From positions 1 through 54,445 of the forward strand of contig JAJISI010000001.1 in the NCBI GenBank assembly GCA_022848805.1: DNA of 54,445 bases. Direction: 5' to 3'. Below the pieces are notes generated by a model. It was given only the letters and a program-made list of their open reading frames with translations. It did not search any database and was not told where the DNA came from. Of this stretch, positions 42,173-50,537 are shown piece by piece; the stretch's first letter is position 1; each line of letters begins with the position of its first letter. Position numbers and translations under genes: made by a program. Origin of the DNA: Thermoplasmatota archaeon (lineage in GTDB: Archaea; Thermoplasmatota; Thermoplasmata; UBA10834).

Positions 42173-43219
42173 ATGATACTGGTTACGAAGTGGTTCGGCA
42201 GCTTTCTATGCGTCGAAGGGAGCGTGAAGAAGGCGGCCATCTTCCCGAAGAACCCTTCAGATATTGCCGAACGACTTCACAGGATCAGGAACGGCGAGGT
42301 CCTGGACGAAGAGAAGAGTCTAGGCGGGCAGGCCACCCAGGTATACGACCGCCGCCTTGCCGAGTTCGGAAGATTCACCAAATTCGATTCCTCGTTCATC
42401 CTGCCCGAGGATAACGGTTTCTCACTTGACTTGTACAGGGAGGCCACGATCGAGCTGGCGAAGCGTGCGGTCAAGAGCAGCATCGGCCCAGATGTATTCC
42501 TGGGGCAGGCCGTCCGGGCCTACGACGATATCGTGTTCACCAACAACTTGCTGTCAGAGCGCTTGCACGAATGGTATTCATTGCATTTTCCGGAGCTGAC
42601 GGAAGTTCTTTCGAAAGAAGCCTATACGGAGGCCGTCGCGGATCATGGCTCCAGGGAAGCCATCCTCTCATCCTTGGCTCTGGACATGGATTCCCTAGGC
42701 GCGGATGTCCAGGATGAGGATCTGGTGCCGATAAGGGGATTGGCCTCCGCCCTCCAGAGAGCAATGGATTCGAGGAGGTCGATGGAGCAGTATGTGGAGG
42801 CTCGCATGAAGCAGGTCGCCCCCAACATCTGCGTGTTGGCAGGCCCGATAATCGGTGCGCGTCTGATAATGCAGGCTGGCAGCTTGACGAGGATGGCTTC
42901 GATGCCTTCTGGAACAATCCAGCTGCTCGGGGCGGAGAAGGCCATGTTCCGGCACCTGAAGAAGAAGACCGACCCTCCGAAGCACGGCATCATTTTCCAG
43001 CACCCGCTAGTTCACAACGCCCCCGTTTGGCAGCGGGGACCGATCGCTCGGACCTTAGCATCGAAGATTTCGATGGCTGCTAGGGCGGATGCTTACACCA
43101 AGAACGACATATCCGGCCCCCTCAAGGAGCAGGTCGAGCGACGGGTCGAGGAGATCAGGAGGCAGCGTCCAACTCCTCCAAAAAGGCCTTCTGGCAAGCA
43201 TCGGAAGTCGAAGCGATAG
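42173..43219 (+). CDS. nop5: C/D box snoRNP protein Nop5 (Nop56/58)
   Basis: NOP domain (LHEWYSLHFPEL...AGSLTRMASMPSGTIQLLGAEKA) and a basic C-tail. 348 aa. No fibrillarin gene follows. Confidence 0.85.
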   Translation: MILVTKWFGSFLCVEGSVKKAAIFPKNPSDIAERLHRIRNGEVLDEEKSLGGQATQVYDRRLAEFGRFTKFDSSFILPEDNGFSLDLYREATIELAKRAVKSSIGPDVFLGQAVRAYDDIVFTNNLLSERLHEWYSLHFPELTEVLSKEAYTEAVADHGSREAILSSLALDMDSLGADVQDEDLVPIRGLASALQRAMDSRRSMEQYVEARMKQVAPNICVLAGPIIGARLIMQAGSLTRMASMPSGTIQLLGAEKAMFRHLKKKTDPPKHGIIFQHPLVHNAPVWQRGPIARTLASKISMAARADAYTKNDISGPLKEQVERRVEEIRRQRPTPPKRPSGKHRKSKR

Positions 43220-43271
43220 ACGGCAACTATTTCTAACCCCCCTCAGTTACAGTCAGGAGAAGTGATGCGCA

Positions 43272-43658
43272 ATGGTATGGGAGATGACCGAAGTTCGGAC
43301 ACTGAAAGAAGGGCGTTACATGAACATAGATGACGAACCCTGCAAGATCATTAGCATCTCCACATCCAAACCTGGGAAGCACGGCGAGGCCAAAGCCAGA
43401 ATCGAGGCGGTCGGGATATTCGATGGCAGCAAGAGGTCGGTCGTGTACCCTGTCAGACACAAGGTCCAGGTGCCAATGATTGATAAACGACAGGCGCAGA
43501 TTGTCACGGTCACCGGCTCGGAGGTTCAGCTCATGGACCTCGAGACTTACGAGATATTCCAGCTGCCTATTCCAGATGAGTTGAAGGATTCTCTGACGCC
43601 CGGTGAGGACCTTAAGTATCTCGTCGCCATGGACAGGAAGAAAATCACAAAGGTGTAG
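43272..43658 (+). CDS. eif5a: translation initiation factor 5A
   Basis: STSKPGKHGEAKA is the hypusine/deoxyhypusine loop. 128 aa. ATG 43284 is an alternative start. Confidence 0.9.
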   Translation: MVWEMTEVRTLKEGRYMNIDDEPCKIISISTSKPGKHGEAKARIEAVGIFDGSKRSVVYPVRHKVQVPMIDKRQAQIVTVTGSEVQLMDLETYEIFQLPIPDELKDSLTPGEDLKYLVAMDRKKITKV

Positions 43659-43661
43659 TCT

Positions 43662-44522
43662 ATGTCTCTCCGCGGGCCGCTCAAATTCGCAGATGCGGAC
43701 TCGAACTTCGAGGAGTCACATTTCGTCGTACTTGGAGCGCCATTCGACAAGACGACTACCTTTCGCGCCGGTACTAGATTTGCTCCGACCGCCATACGAG
43801 AAGCGTCGGCGAACTTCGAGCCTTACATGTTTGAGCACGGAATTTCATTCAGCGATATCCCTTTTCACGACTCTGGGGATCTCCACGATGAGGGAACCGC
43901 TGACGATATGGTCGCCTCGGTCGAGGAAGGCGCCCGGAGAATCGTCGGGGCGGGTAAGTTCCCTATCGTCATTGGCGGGGAACACTCGGTCACGCCACCC
44001 GTTGTGAAGGCATTCGGAGAGGATATCGCAGTCGTCATAATAGACGCCCATCTTGATTACCAAAACGAATACCAGGGACTTAGAAACAGCCATGCCTGCG
44101 CTCATAGGCGGGTGGCCGATATTGTCGGCGAGGGTAATGTCTTCGCGTTTGGCGTCCGGTCCTACTCCGATGAGGAAGACTTCGAGGAAGCCGTGTTTGT
44201 CGATGCGCTCAGGATTCACGAGCATGGGTGCGAAGAGGAGTTCGAGAAGGCGTTGTCATGCCTGAAGGAAAGGCCGATATATCTGTCTCTGGATATCGAT
44301 GGAATTGACCCCGCCTTCGCCCCTGGCACCGGTACTCCCGAGCCCTTCGGACTGACACCTTTCGACGTGAAGTATATCATCAACAGGCTGGGAGATCGCC
44401 TAGTGGGATTCGATGTGGTCGAGGTATCCCCTCCGTACGATAACGGAAACACATCGCTCCTCGCGGCCAGGTTCATAAAGGAAGTCATCGCCGTGAAATG
44501 GAAGGCGATGAACTCCAAGTGA
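43662..44522 (+). CDS. speB: agmatinase/ureohydrolase family
   Basis: Mn-ligand motifs GGEHSVT, IDAHLDY and SLDIDGIDPAFAPG. 286 aa. It starts 3 nt after the aIF5A stop. Confidence 0.85.
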   Translation: MSLRGPLKFADADSNFEESHFVVLGAPFDKTTTFRAGTRFAPTAIREASANFEPYMFEHGISFSDIPFHDSGDLHDEGTADDMVASVEEGARRIVGAGKFPIVIGGEHSVTPPVVKAFGEDIAVVIIDAHLDYQNEYQGLRNSHACAHRRVADIVGEGNVFAFGVRSYSDEEDFEEAVFVDALRIHEHGCEEEFEKALSCLKERPIYLSLDIDGIDPAFAPGTGTPEPFGLTPFDVKYIINRLGDRLVGFDVVEVSPPYDNGNTSLLAARFIKEVIAVKWKAMNSK

Positions 44523-44544
44523 CCCGGACGAGTCTGGAACTCCG

Positions 44545-45912
44545 CTAGGTGACGGTCTCTGCAACGCGTTTCTTGTAGGACTCCGCTATGTCCCTAGCCC
44601 TATCAGCTGTCGTTGCCTCGGAGAATATCCTGAATATCGGCTCAGTGCCCGATGGTCTAACCAGAACCCATCCATCATCAAGGAATATCTTCAGCCCGTC
44701 CGTGGTGTCCACATTATCGCTCCCCGCGTCCTCGAGGAGCTTTGCGAGGACGGAGTCCTTCACCTTGTTGGGGCATGGAGTCTTGGTCTTGTACTGTGAA
44801 TACGCCGGAATCACGGCGTTTATCTCAGAGAGCGCTCCGTCCATCGCGATTATCTCGATCATCTTCGCTGCAGCCATCGCACCGTCCCTGCAGTACTGGA
44901 ACTCGGGAAAGATGAGGCCTCCGTTTTCCTCGCCGCCGAAGATTGCTGAATGGGCTATCATTGCGCGCGCGACGACCGGCGAGCCAACCTTGGTATACAT
45001 TATCTCTCCGCCCGCCATCTTCACGGCGTCCTCCACGCACTTGGACGAGCCTACCGTTGTCACGACCAGGCCCCCGTTCCTGTTAGTACACGCATACTGA
45101 GCAGCTATGGCCAAGCTGCGATCGCCATACATGTACGCCCCGTTCTCGTCGACGAATATCGTCCTGTCCGCGTCGCCGTCGTGGAGGATGCCGATGTCGA
45201 AATCACCAGCTTTGACGAACTCCACGAGGTCCTTCGCGTTCTCAGGCGTCGGTTCGCTGTTATGTCCAGGAAACGCTCCATTCGGATCTGCGTTCAAAGT
45301 TACGTATCGCACACCCAGTCTCTCGAGCAACCTGGGTGATACGTTTCCTCCTGCGCCGTTTCCGCAGTCGAGGGCCACCCTCAGATCCGCCTTTCTGATG
45401 CCTTCGACGTCCGTCCTCGCCACGATGCCGTCTATGTAGTCTGGAACGGCTCGGTCGAAATTGTCCCTCCTCCCGATGCCGCGCCAGTCCGCTCTGGAGA
45501 ATCGCTCCGTGTGGAATATTTCCTCGATTTTCTCCTCGTGCTCTCGCGCCATCTCGGTGCCGTCTGGGTCGACGCACTTAACGCCGTTGAACTCTGGAGG
45601 GTTGTGTGAAGCGGTAACCATAACGCCCCCGGCCACGTCGTTGGATTTCACTGCGAACTGGACTGTAGGGGTGGGGACCACGCCGCAGTCCAGAACATCA
45701 CAACCAGTCGCCATGATTCCTGCCATGCATGCCGATTTTAGCATCTCGTTGGAAGTCCTAGCGTCCGTTCCCACTAACACCGATCCTTTCATGAAAGTCC
45801 CTATGGCCATTCCTAGCCGCATGGCGAAGTCGCAGTCCATCTCCTCAGTGTTGACGACTCCTCGCACTCCGTTGGTTCCGAACAGTCGAGGAACGATGCT
45901 TTGCTGGGTCAT
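44545..45912 (-). CDS. glmM: phosphoglucosamine/phosphohexose mutase
   Basis: ORF trimmed to ATG 45912. LFGTNGVRG, TASHNPPEFNGVK (active-site Ser) and GDADR. 455 aa. Confidence 0.8.
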   Translation of the reverse strand: MTQQSIVPRLFGTNGVRGVVNTEEMDCDFAMRLGMAIGTFMKGSVLVGTDARTSNEMLKSACMAGIMATGCDVLDCGVVPTPTVQFAVKSNDVAGGVMVTASHNPPEFNGVKCVDPDGTEMAREHEEKIEEIFHTERFSRADWRGIGRRDNFDRAVPDYIDGIVARTDVEGIRKADLRVALDCGNGAGGNVSPRLLERLGVRYVTLNADPNGAFPGHNSEPTPENAKDLVEFVKAGDFDIGILHDGDADRTIFVDENGAYMYGDRSLAIAAQYACTNRNGGLVVTTVGSSKCVEDAVKMAGGEIMYTKVGSPVVARAMIAHSAIFGGEENGGLIFPEFQYCRDGAMAAAKMIEIIAMDGALSEINAVIPAYSQYKTKTPCPNKVKDSVLAKLLEDAGSDNVDTTDGLKIFLDDGWVLVRPSGTEPIFRIFSEATTADRARDIAESYKKRVAETVT

Positions 45913-46076
45913 GATATCCTTAAATCGGACATGCCGCCTCCTGAGATAAAGGCTTTGTCGGGGCCTTGAAGGCGTCTGGCTCCAGACAGGTACAAGAAAC
46001 CTTGGTCTGGAAGCCAGTTGAGGTCCGCAAGGGTTAAGACCACGGGTGGCATTCGCCACTAATAAGGGGATGCCTG

Positions 46077-46706
46077 ATGGGGTTCAAGGAATGGATTATT
46101 CCTCAGGAGAAGCACTTCTTCGAGATGCTCGAGCAACAGGCTGAAGTCGTTCTTGAGGGCGGTGAGACCCTTCTCGACCTTGTGAAGAACTTCGACCACG
46201 TGGCCGAGAAACGTGACAAGATGAAGATGATCGAGCACAAGGGGGACGACGCTGTGCACGACATCTCAGAAGCGTTGAACAAGACGTTCGTAACCCCGAT
46301 AGACCATGACGACATGTCCAAGCTTGCGTCGAGGTTGGATGACATCTTGGATTACATGGAGTCCGCATCGCATAGGATGTGGTCGTACGAGATAAAGCGA
46401 ATCCCGCCAGATATGATAAAAATGGTCGAGGTCCTGCTCGCAGCGACGAAGGAGGTCAACCATGCGGTTAAGGACCTCAGGAACTTCAAGAGGAAGAACG
46501 AGATCGTCAATCATTGCATAGAGATCAACCGTCTTGAGAACGTCGGGGACGAGATAACTCACCTAGCGGTGGCGGGACTGTTCAAAACGAGCGATGTGGT
46601 GGATATAATCAAGCTCAAGGAAATATACGAACACCTGGAACAGGCAACGGATAAGTGCGAAGACGCCGCAGATGTGATCAAAGATATCTTCATCAAACAT
46701 TCGTAG
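46077..46706 (+). CDS. PhoU-like/DUF47 phosphate-transport regulator
   Basis: 209-aa helical protein with an AAGGGGA SD 7 nt upstream. This is the typical partner directly upstream of PiT transporters. Confidence 0.7.
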   Translation: MGFKEWIIPQEKHFFEMLEQQAEVVLEGGETLLDLVKNFDHVAEKRDKMKMIEHKGDDAVHDISEALNKTFVTPIDHDDMSKLASRLDDILDYMESASHRMWSYEIKRIPPDMIKMVEVLLAATKEVNHAVKDLRNFKRKNEIVNHCIEINRLENVGDEITHLAVAGLFKTSDVVDIIKLKEIYEHLEQATDKCEDAADVIKDIFIKHS

Positions 46707-46713
46707 GTAGGTC

Positions 46714-47736
46714 GTGATGGATCTCTTAGGACTGTCTCTCCTCGGCGTGACGACCATTGCTCTGACCCTTGCGTTCGAGTTCGTAAACGGTTTTCACGAT
46801 TCTGCGAATTCGGTAGCGACAATCGTGGCCACTAGAGTGCTCTCCCCTGTATGGGCCGTGGGACTCGCGGCCGTCTTCAATTTCGTCGGAATATTCTTAT
46901 TTGGCACGGCAGTCGCTAAGACCGTCGGTACGGGGATAATCGATAACGCCCTGGTGGCGGAATATGGCATCCTGCTGATATTCTGTGCTGTGATGGGAGC
47001 CATAATCTGGGACTTGATAACGTGGTGGCTAGGGATACCGACTTCGAGCAGCCATGCGCTGATCGGTGGCCTGATCGGGGCGGGAGGAGCCGTATGGTTT
47101 CTCGGTGCGATTGTTTGGGATGGGACGCTGATGGTGATTACATTCATCGTCATATCTCCAGTCCTGGGGCTCGCAATCGGTTTCTTGCTGACTGCGATGA
47201 CGATGCGGGCTGGGAGGAAGGTCACAAGGGTAAAAGTGAACTGGTGGTTCAGGAAATTGCAGATAGGCTCGATGGCTTTCCTGTCCATGATGCACGGTTC
47301 GAACGATGCCCAGAAGGGCATGGGCATAATCACGACCGTGATGATGCTCGAGGCGGGACTTTTTGTCACGGGGACGTTCGAAGTTGATACATGGATCATC
47401 GTGTCGTGTGGCGCAATGATAGCTTTGGGCACATTCTTCGGAGGATGGAGGATAGTCAAGACGATGGCCTCGCGTGTGACTAAACTGCAGCCATATCAGG
47501 GGTTCTGCGCGGAGGCGGGCGCCGCGACGATGATTGGGGTCGCGACTTCGTTCGGCATCCCCGTAAGTACGACGCATACGGTGTCGGGGGCGATCATGGG
47601 CGTTGGTTCGACCAAGAGACTCTCCGCAGTGAGGTGGGGGGTCGGCCGTAAGATAATGATCGCCTGGATTCTCACCATCCCCGCGTCGGCGACGATAGCC
47701 GGAGTACTCTTCCTTATACTGAACGCGCTCTGGTGA
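46714..47736 (+). CDS. pitA: inorganic phosphate transporter, PiT family
   Basis: FVNGFHDSANSVAT and GIPVSTTHTVSGAIMGVG signatures. 340 aa. Confidence 0.85.
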   Translation: MMDLLGLSLLGVTTIALTLAFEFVNGFHDSANSVATIVATRVLSPVWAVGLAAVFNFVGIFLFGTAVAKTVGTGIIDNALVAEYGILLIFCAVMGAIIWDLITWWLGIPTSSSHALIGGLIGAGGAVWFLGAIVWDGTLMVITFIVISPVLGLAIGFLLTAMTMRAGRKVTRVKVNWWFRKLQIGSMAFLSMMHGSNDAQKGMGIITTVMMLEAGLFVTGTFEVDTWIIVSCGAMIALGTFFGGWRIVKTMASRVTKLQPYQGFCAEAGAATMIGVATSFGIPVSTTHTVSGAIMGVGSTKRLSAVRWGVGRKIMIAWILTIPASATIAGVLFLILNALW

Positions 47737-47766
47737 TCCTCAACGGTTGATGTGCGGGAATGAGTA

Positions 47767-48747
47767 TCATTCGGCTGGGGACACGGCATCACTGACGATT
47801 GTATCGTTCACGATTGCGCCGTCAGGTATTGTGACGCCGACGTCGATGATGGAGTTCTTGATTGTGCATCCTCTCCCAACCCTAGAATCAGGGTATATCA
47901 CTGACCCCTCGACCTTCGTCGATGGTCCTACAACCGTTCCTTTCGAGATGTATGCATATGGTCCGATGATGGCGTCCGTGATGTCCGCACCGTCTTCGAC
48001 GACGGCGGGGAGTGCGATGCCCGAATCGTGTAACCCGTTCCCGACCTTCTCGTGTATACTCTCGCGCATGAGTGTCCAGAAGGCGTTGAGGAGGTTCTCC
48101 CTCGTCCCGCAGTCGATCCAGTGCCCATCGAACCTTAGTCCATACATGCCCTTCTCGACTATCCGGGGGAATACCTCCCTCTCCATGGAGACAAAACCCT
48201 TGCCGATGTAGTCGAGAACCTCGTACTCTAGCGCGTAGGCGCCAGCGTTAATGAGCCGAGAGAATGCCTCCATCTTGCTCGGCTTCTCCTGGAACCTGTG
48301 TATCTGCCCGTTTGCATCGAGGTCGACTACGCCGAACGGTGTGGGATCATCCACTTCCCATAACGAGATGGTCGCAAACGCCTTCTTCTCCCTGTGATAC
48401 TCGATGAACCTGCTCATGTCTAGCGACGAGATGCTGTCTCCGTTGATGACAAGGAACGGACCGTCGATGTAGTCCTCCACGTTCTTCACGGCGCCTCCCG
48501 TCCCCATCGGTTCCTTCTCTTCCACGATGGTTATCTTCCTCCGTGGAGGGTTCCTCCTCAAGTAGTCCTCCATCATCTCCCTCTTGTAGCCAACCGGGAC
48601 GATCGTCTCGTCCACCTCGTCGGGGAGCGAGTCTATCACGTGCATCATGAGTGGCTTCCCCATGACCGGGACCAGCGGTTTGGGTACTCTGTAAGTGAGA
48701 GGCCTGAGACGCGTGCCCATTCCGCCTACAAGGAGCACAGCTTTCAT
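47767..48747 (-). CDS. sugar-1-phosphate nucleotidyltransferase with C-terminal left-handed beta-helix
   Basis: ORF trimmed to ATG 48747. MKAVLLVGGMGTRLRPLTYRVPKPLVPV is the signature. The C-terminus has hexapeptide repeats. 326 aa. Confidence 0.8.
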   Translation of the reverse strand: MKAVLLVGGMGTRLRPLTYRVPKPLVPVMGKPLMMHVIDSLPDEVDETIVPVGYKREMMEDYLRRNPPRRKITIVEEKEPMGTGGAVKNVEDYIDGPFLVINGDSISSLDMSRFIEYHREKKAFATISLWEVDDPTPFGVVDLDANGQIHRFQEKPSKMEAFSRLINAGAYALEYEVLDYIGKGFVSMEREVFPRIVEKGMYGLRFDGHWIDCGTRENLLNAFWTLMRESIHEKVGNGLHDSGIALPAVVEDGADITDAIIGPYAYISKGTVVGPSTKVEGSVIYPDSRVGRGCTIKNSIIDVGVTIPDGAIVNDTIVSDAVSPAE

Positions 48748-48770
48748 CGGTGGCCTGATATGGCTAAAGG

Positions 48771-48780
48771 CCATAAAAAG
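48771..48780 (-). promoter_or_regulatory. TATA-like box for the nucleotidyltransferase gene (leaderless geometry)
   Basis: The minus strand reads CTTTTTATGG, centred about 29 nt upstream of ATG 48747. Confidence 0.4.
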
Positions 48781-48805
48781 CATCTGATTGGCTTACCAGG
48801 TAGAA

Positions 48806-49021
48806 TCACTGGGGCGAGATACTCACGACGTTGTTCCCTCGGAGTATGACGATACCGAGCCTCTTGACCTGGTCTCCGTTCGTCTCTTCGGTGTCCTCGA
48901 GAACCATGTTCAGATAATCATCGAATCCCGTGAGCGTTCCTTCAAGCATTCTGCTGTCCTTGAGTAGCAATGAGACCTTCTTGTTCATCGATTTCTCAAG
49001 CAAACTGAGAGGCATGACCAT
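48806..49021 (-). CDS. Sm-like archaeal protein (SmAP/LSm)
   Basis: Sm1/Sm2 motifs: VSLLLKDSRMLEGTLTGFDDYLNMVLEDTEE ... GIVILRGNNVVSI. 71 aa. Confidence 0.85.
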   Translation of the reverse strand: MVMPLSLLEKSMNKKVSLLLKDSRMLEGTLTGFDDYLNMVLEDTEETNGDQVKRLGIVILRGNNVVSISPQ

Positions 49022-49097
49022 TGATATCGTCTCTCGTCAACGCTGAGGGTCGACTTAAAGCTTTCTTCTCTGGGTTCTGTGGCAGAATGCCAAGCCT

Positions 49098-49613
49098 CTA
49101 CGGTTTCTTGCCGTTCTTTCGGGACAGTTCTTCTTCTATCCACGTCTTGACCTCGTTCCTAGAACGGGCGTCTATTCCGAAGGTCTCGATGAACTTCTTC
49201 GTGGTCGTGAGTTCGATGCTATTCTTCTTAGGTTTCTTCCTAATGAGTCCGAGCTCTTCGAGTGTGCGGACGTGCGTGTATATCTTGCTTCCGAGAAGGT
49301 CCGACAGCTTGCTCTGCAGGACTGGTTGGTAGTAAGCGATCAGAGATGCGGTCTTGAGCACGTCCCTGGGTATCTTCAGCTCGGCCAGCTTCGCGGCTGG
49401 CGATGTGTACTCCCCCTTCACCTGCATCGCATATCTGGGCCCCATCTTCGCGATTTCGATCGCGCAGTCAGAAGCGTTATACTCGTCCATGAGATTCTTC
49501 AAAGCCGACCGTACCGTTCTCACATCCAACTCGGATGCGAGCTTCAGGTCGGAGACCGTCACCGGCTTCGCCGCAGAGAAAAGCGCGGCCTCCACGACTC
49601 TATCGCTCTTCAC
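49098..49613 (-). CDS. scpB: segregation and condensation protein B
   Basis: ORF trimmed to GTG 49613, which overlaps the scpA stop (GTGA) and has GGTGG 5 nt upstream. VVEAALFSAAKPVTVSDL...LKTASLIAYYQPV... 171 aa. Confidence 0.75.
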   Translation of the reverse strand: MKSDRVVEAALFSAAKPVTVSDLKLASELDVRTVRSALKNLMDEYNASDCAIEIAKMGPRYAMQVKGEYTSPAAKLAELKIPRDVLKTASLIAYYQPVLQSKLSDLLGSKIYTHVRTLEELGLIRKKPKKNSIELTTTKKFIETFGIDARSRNEVKTWIEEELSRKNGKKP

Positions 49614-50536
49614 TTGACCACCGGTACCTTCTCTACCATGACGTTCTGGATTGTCGCTGCGTCCTCGAGTTGTGCGATGTCCCATGGAACCATCACCTCA
49701 AGGAAGATCTCGCCGTACGGAGGCTTCTCCTGCCATATGTGCACCTTCCCCATCTTCGCAAGGAACAGCATCGCGACGAATACCTTGATCTTGTCCTCTC
49801 TGCCATTGATGCAGAGGTCCGTCATGGGAACCGGGCCGCTCCCGAGCTTCTGTATTCGCTCCCAAACGGCTGCTATGTCGTCCTCGAGGCATTCCTTGTG
49901 TGTCTTGTCGTCGAAGTCCGGCCGTCGGTATTTATGCATGAACTTGGCCAGCTCCTTCCTGATATCCGACTCCTCCTTCGCCTCCTCGAACGCGTCGAGG
50001 AGATCTATTAGGGTGACCGGTCGCTCTGTATGTCTTCGTATCTTCTCCTTGATCGGAAGTTCTTCCGTGTAGAGGATGGATTCTCCTCCGCCGAGATCGA
50101 ACGGGTCGACGAAGAGGTCGAACCCCTCCGTATCGAAACCATCGAACATCAGCTCGCACGTCTCCGGCCTGTCAGCTCTCCTTACAGCGTCTTCGCTCTG
50201 CAGATTCAGGATCTCCCATGCCATGTACACTATCTTTCCTGCGATGATCAGGTTGACTTCCGATGCCTTCCTGACCTTCGCCAGGTACATCTTCGAGAAC
50301 TCTACAAGGTTGATGTCCCATGGGTTGAATTGCTGTTGGACTACGAGTTCGAAAGTCTGCGCCACGCATTTCTCGAACGGGTCATCGGACGGTACGAGCG
50401 CGCCGGTTTGCATCTCCTCAGCGATCCTGACGTACCTGCCTATCTTGGTCTGGATATCCTCGTTATCGTCGATTATCGCTTTCTGGTACATCAGATGGTT
50501 GATGATGTTGCCGAAGTCCGTCTCCGTGGTTTTCAT
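49610..50536 (-). CDS. scpA: segregation and condensation protein A (kleisin)
   Basis: ORF trimmed to ATG 50536, 1 nt after the smc stop. 308 aa. It sits between smc and scpB, and the N-terminal FNPWDINLVEFSKMYL resembles ScpA. Confidence 0.75.
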   Translation of the reverse strand: MKTTETDFGNIINHLMYQKAIIDDNEDIQTKIGRYVRIAEEMQTGALVPSDDPFEKCVAQTFELVVQQQFNPWDINLVEFSKMYLAKVRKASEVNLIIAGKIVYMAWEILNLQSEDAVRRADRPETCELMFDGFDTEGFDLFVDPFDLGGGESILYTEELPIKEKIRRHTERPVTLIDLLDAFEEAKEESDIRKELAKFMHKYRRPDFDDKTHKECLEDDIAAVWERIQKLGSGPVPMTDLCINGREDKIKVFVAMLFLAKMGKVHIWQEKPPYGEIFLEVMVPWDIAQLEDAATIQNVMVEKVPVVK

Positions 50537-50537
50537 G

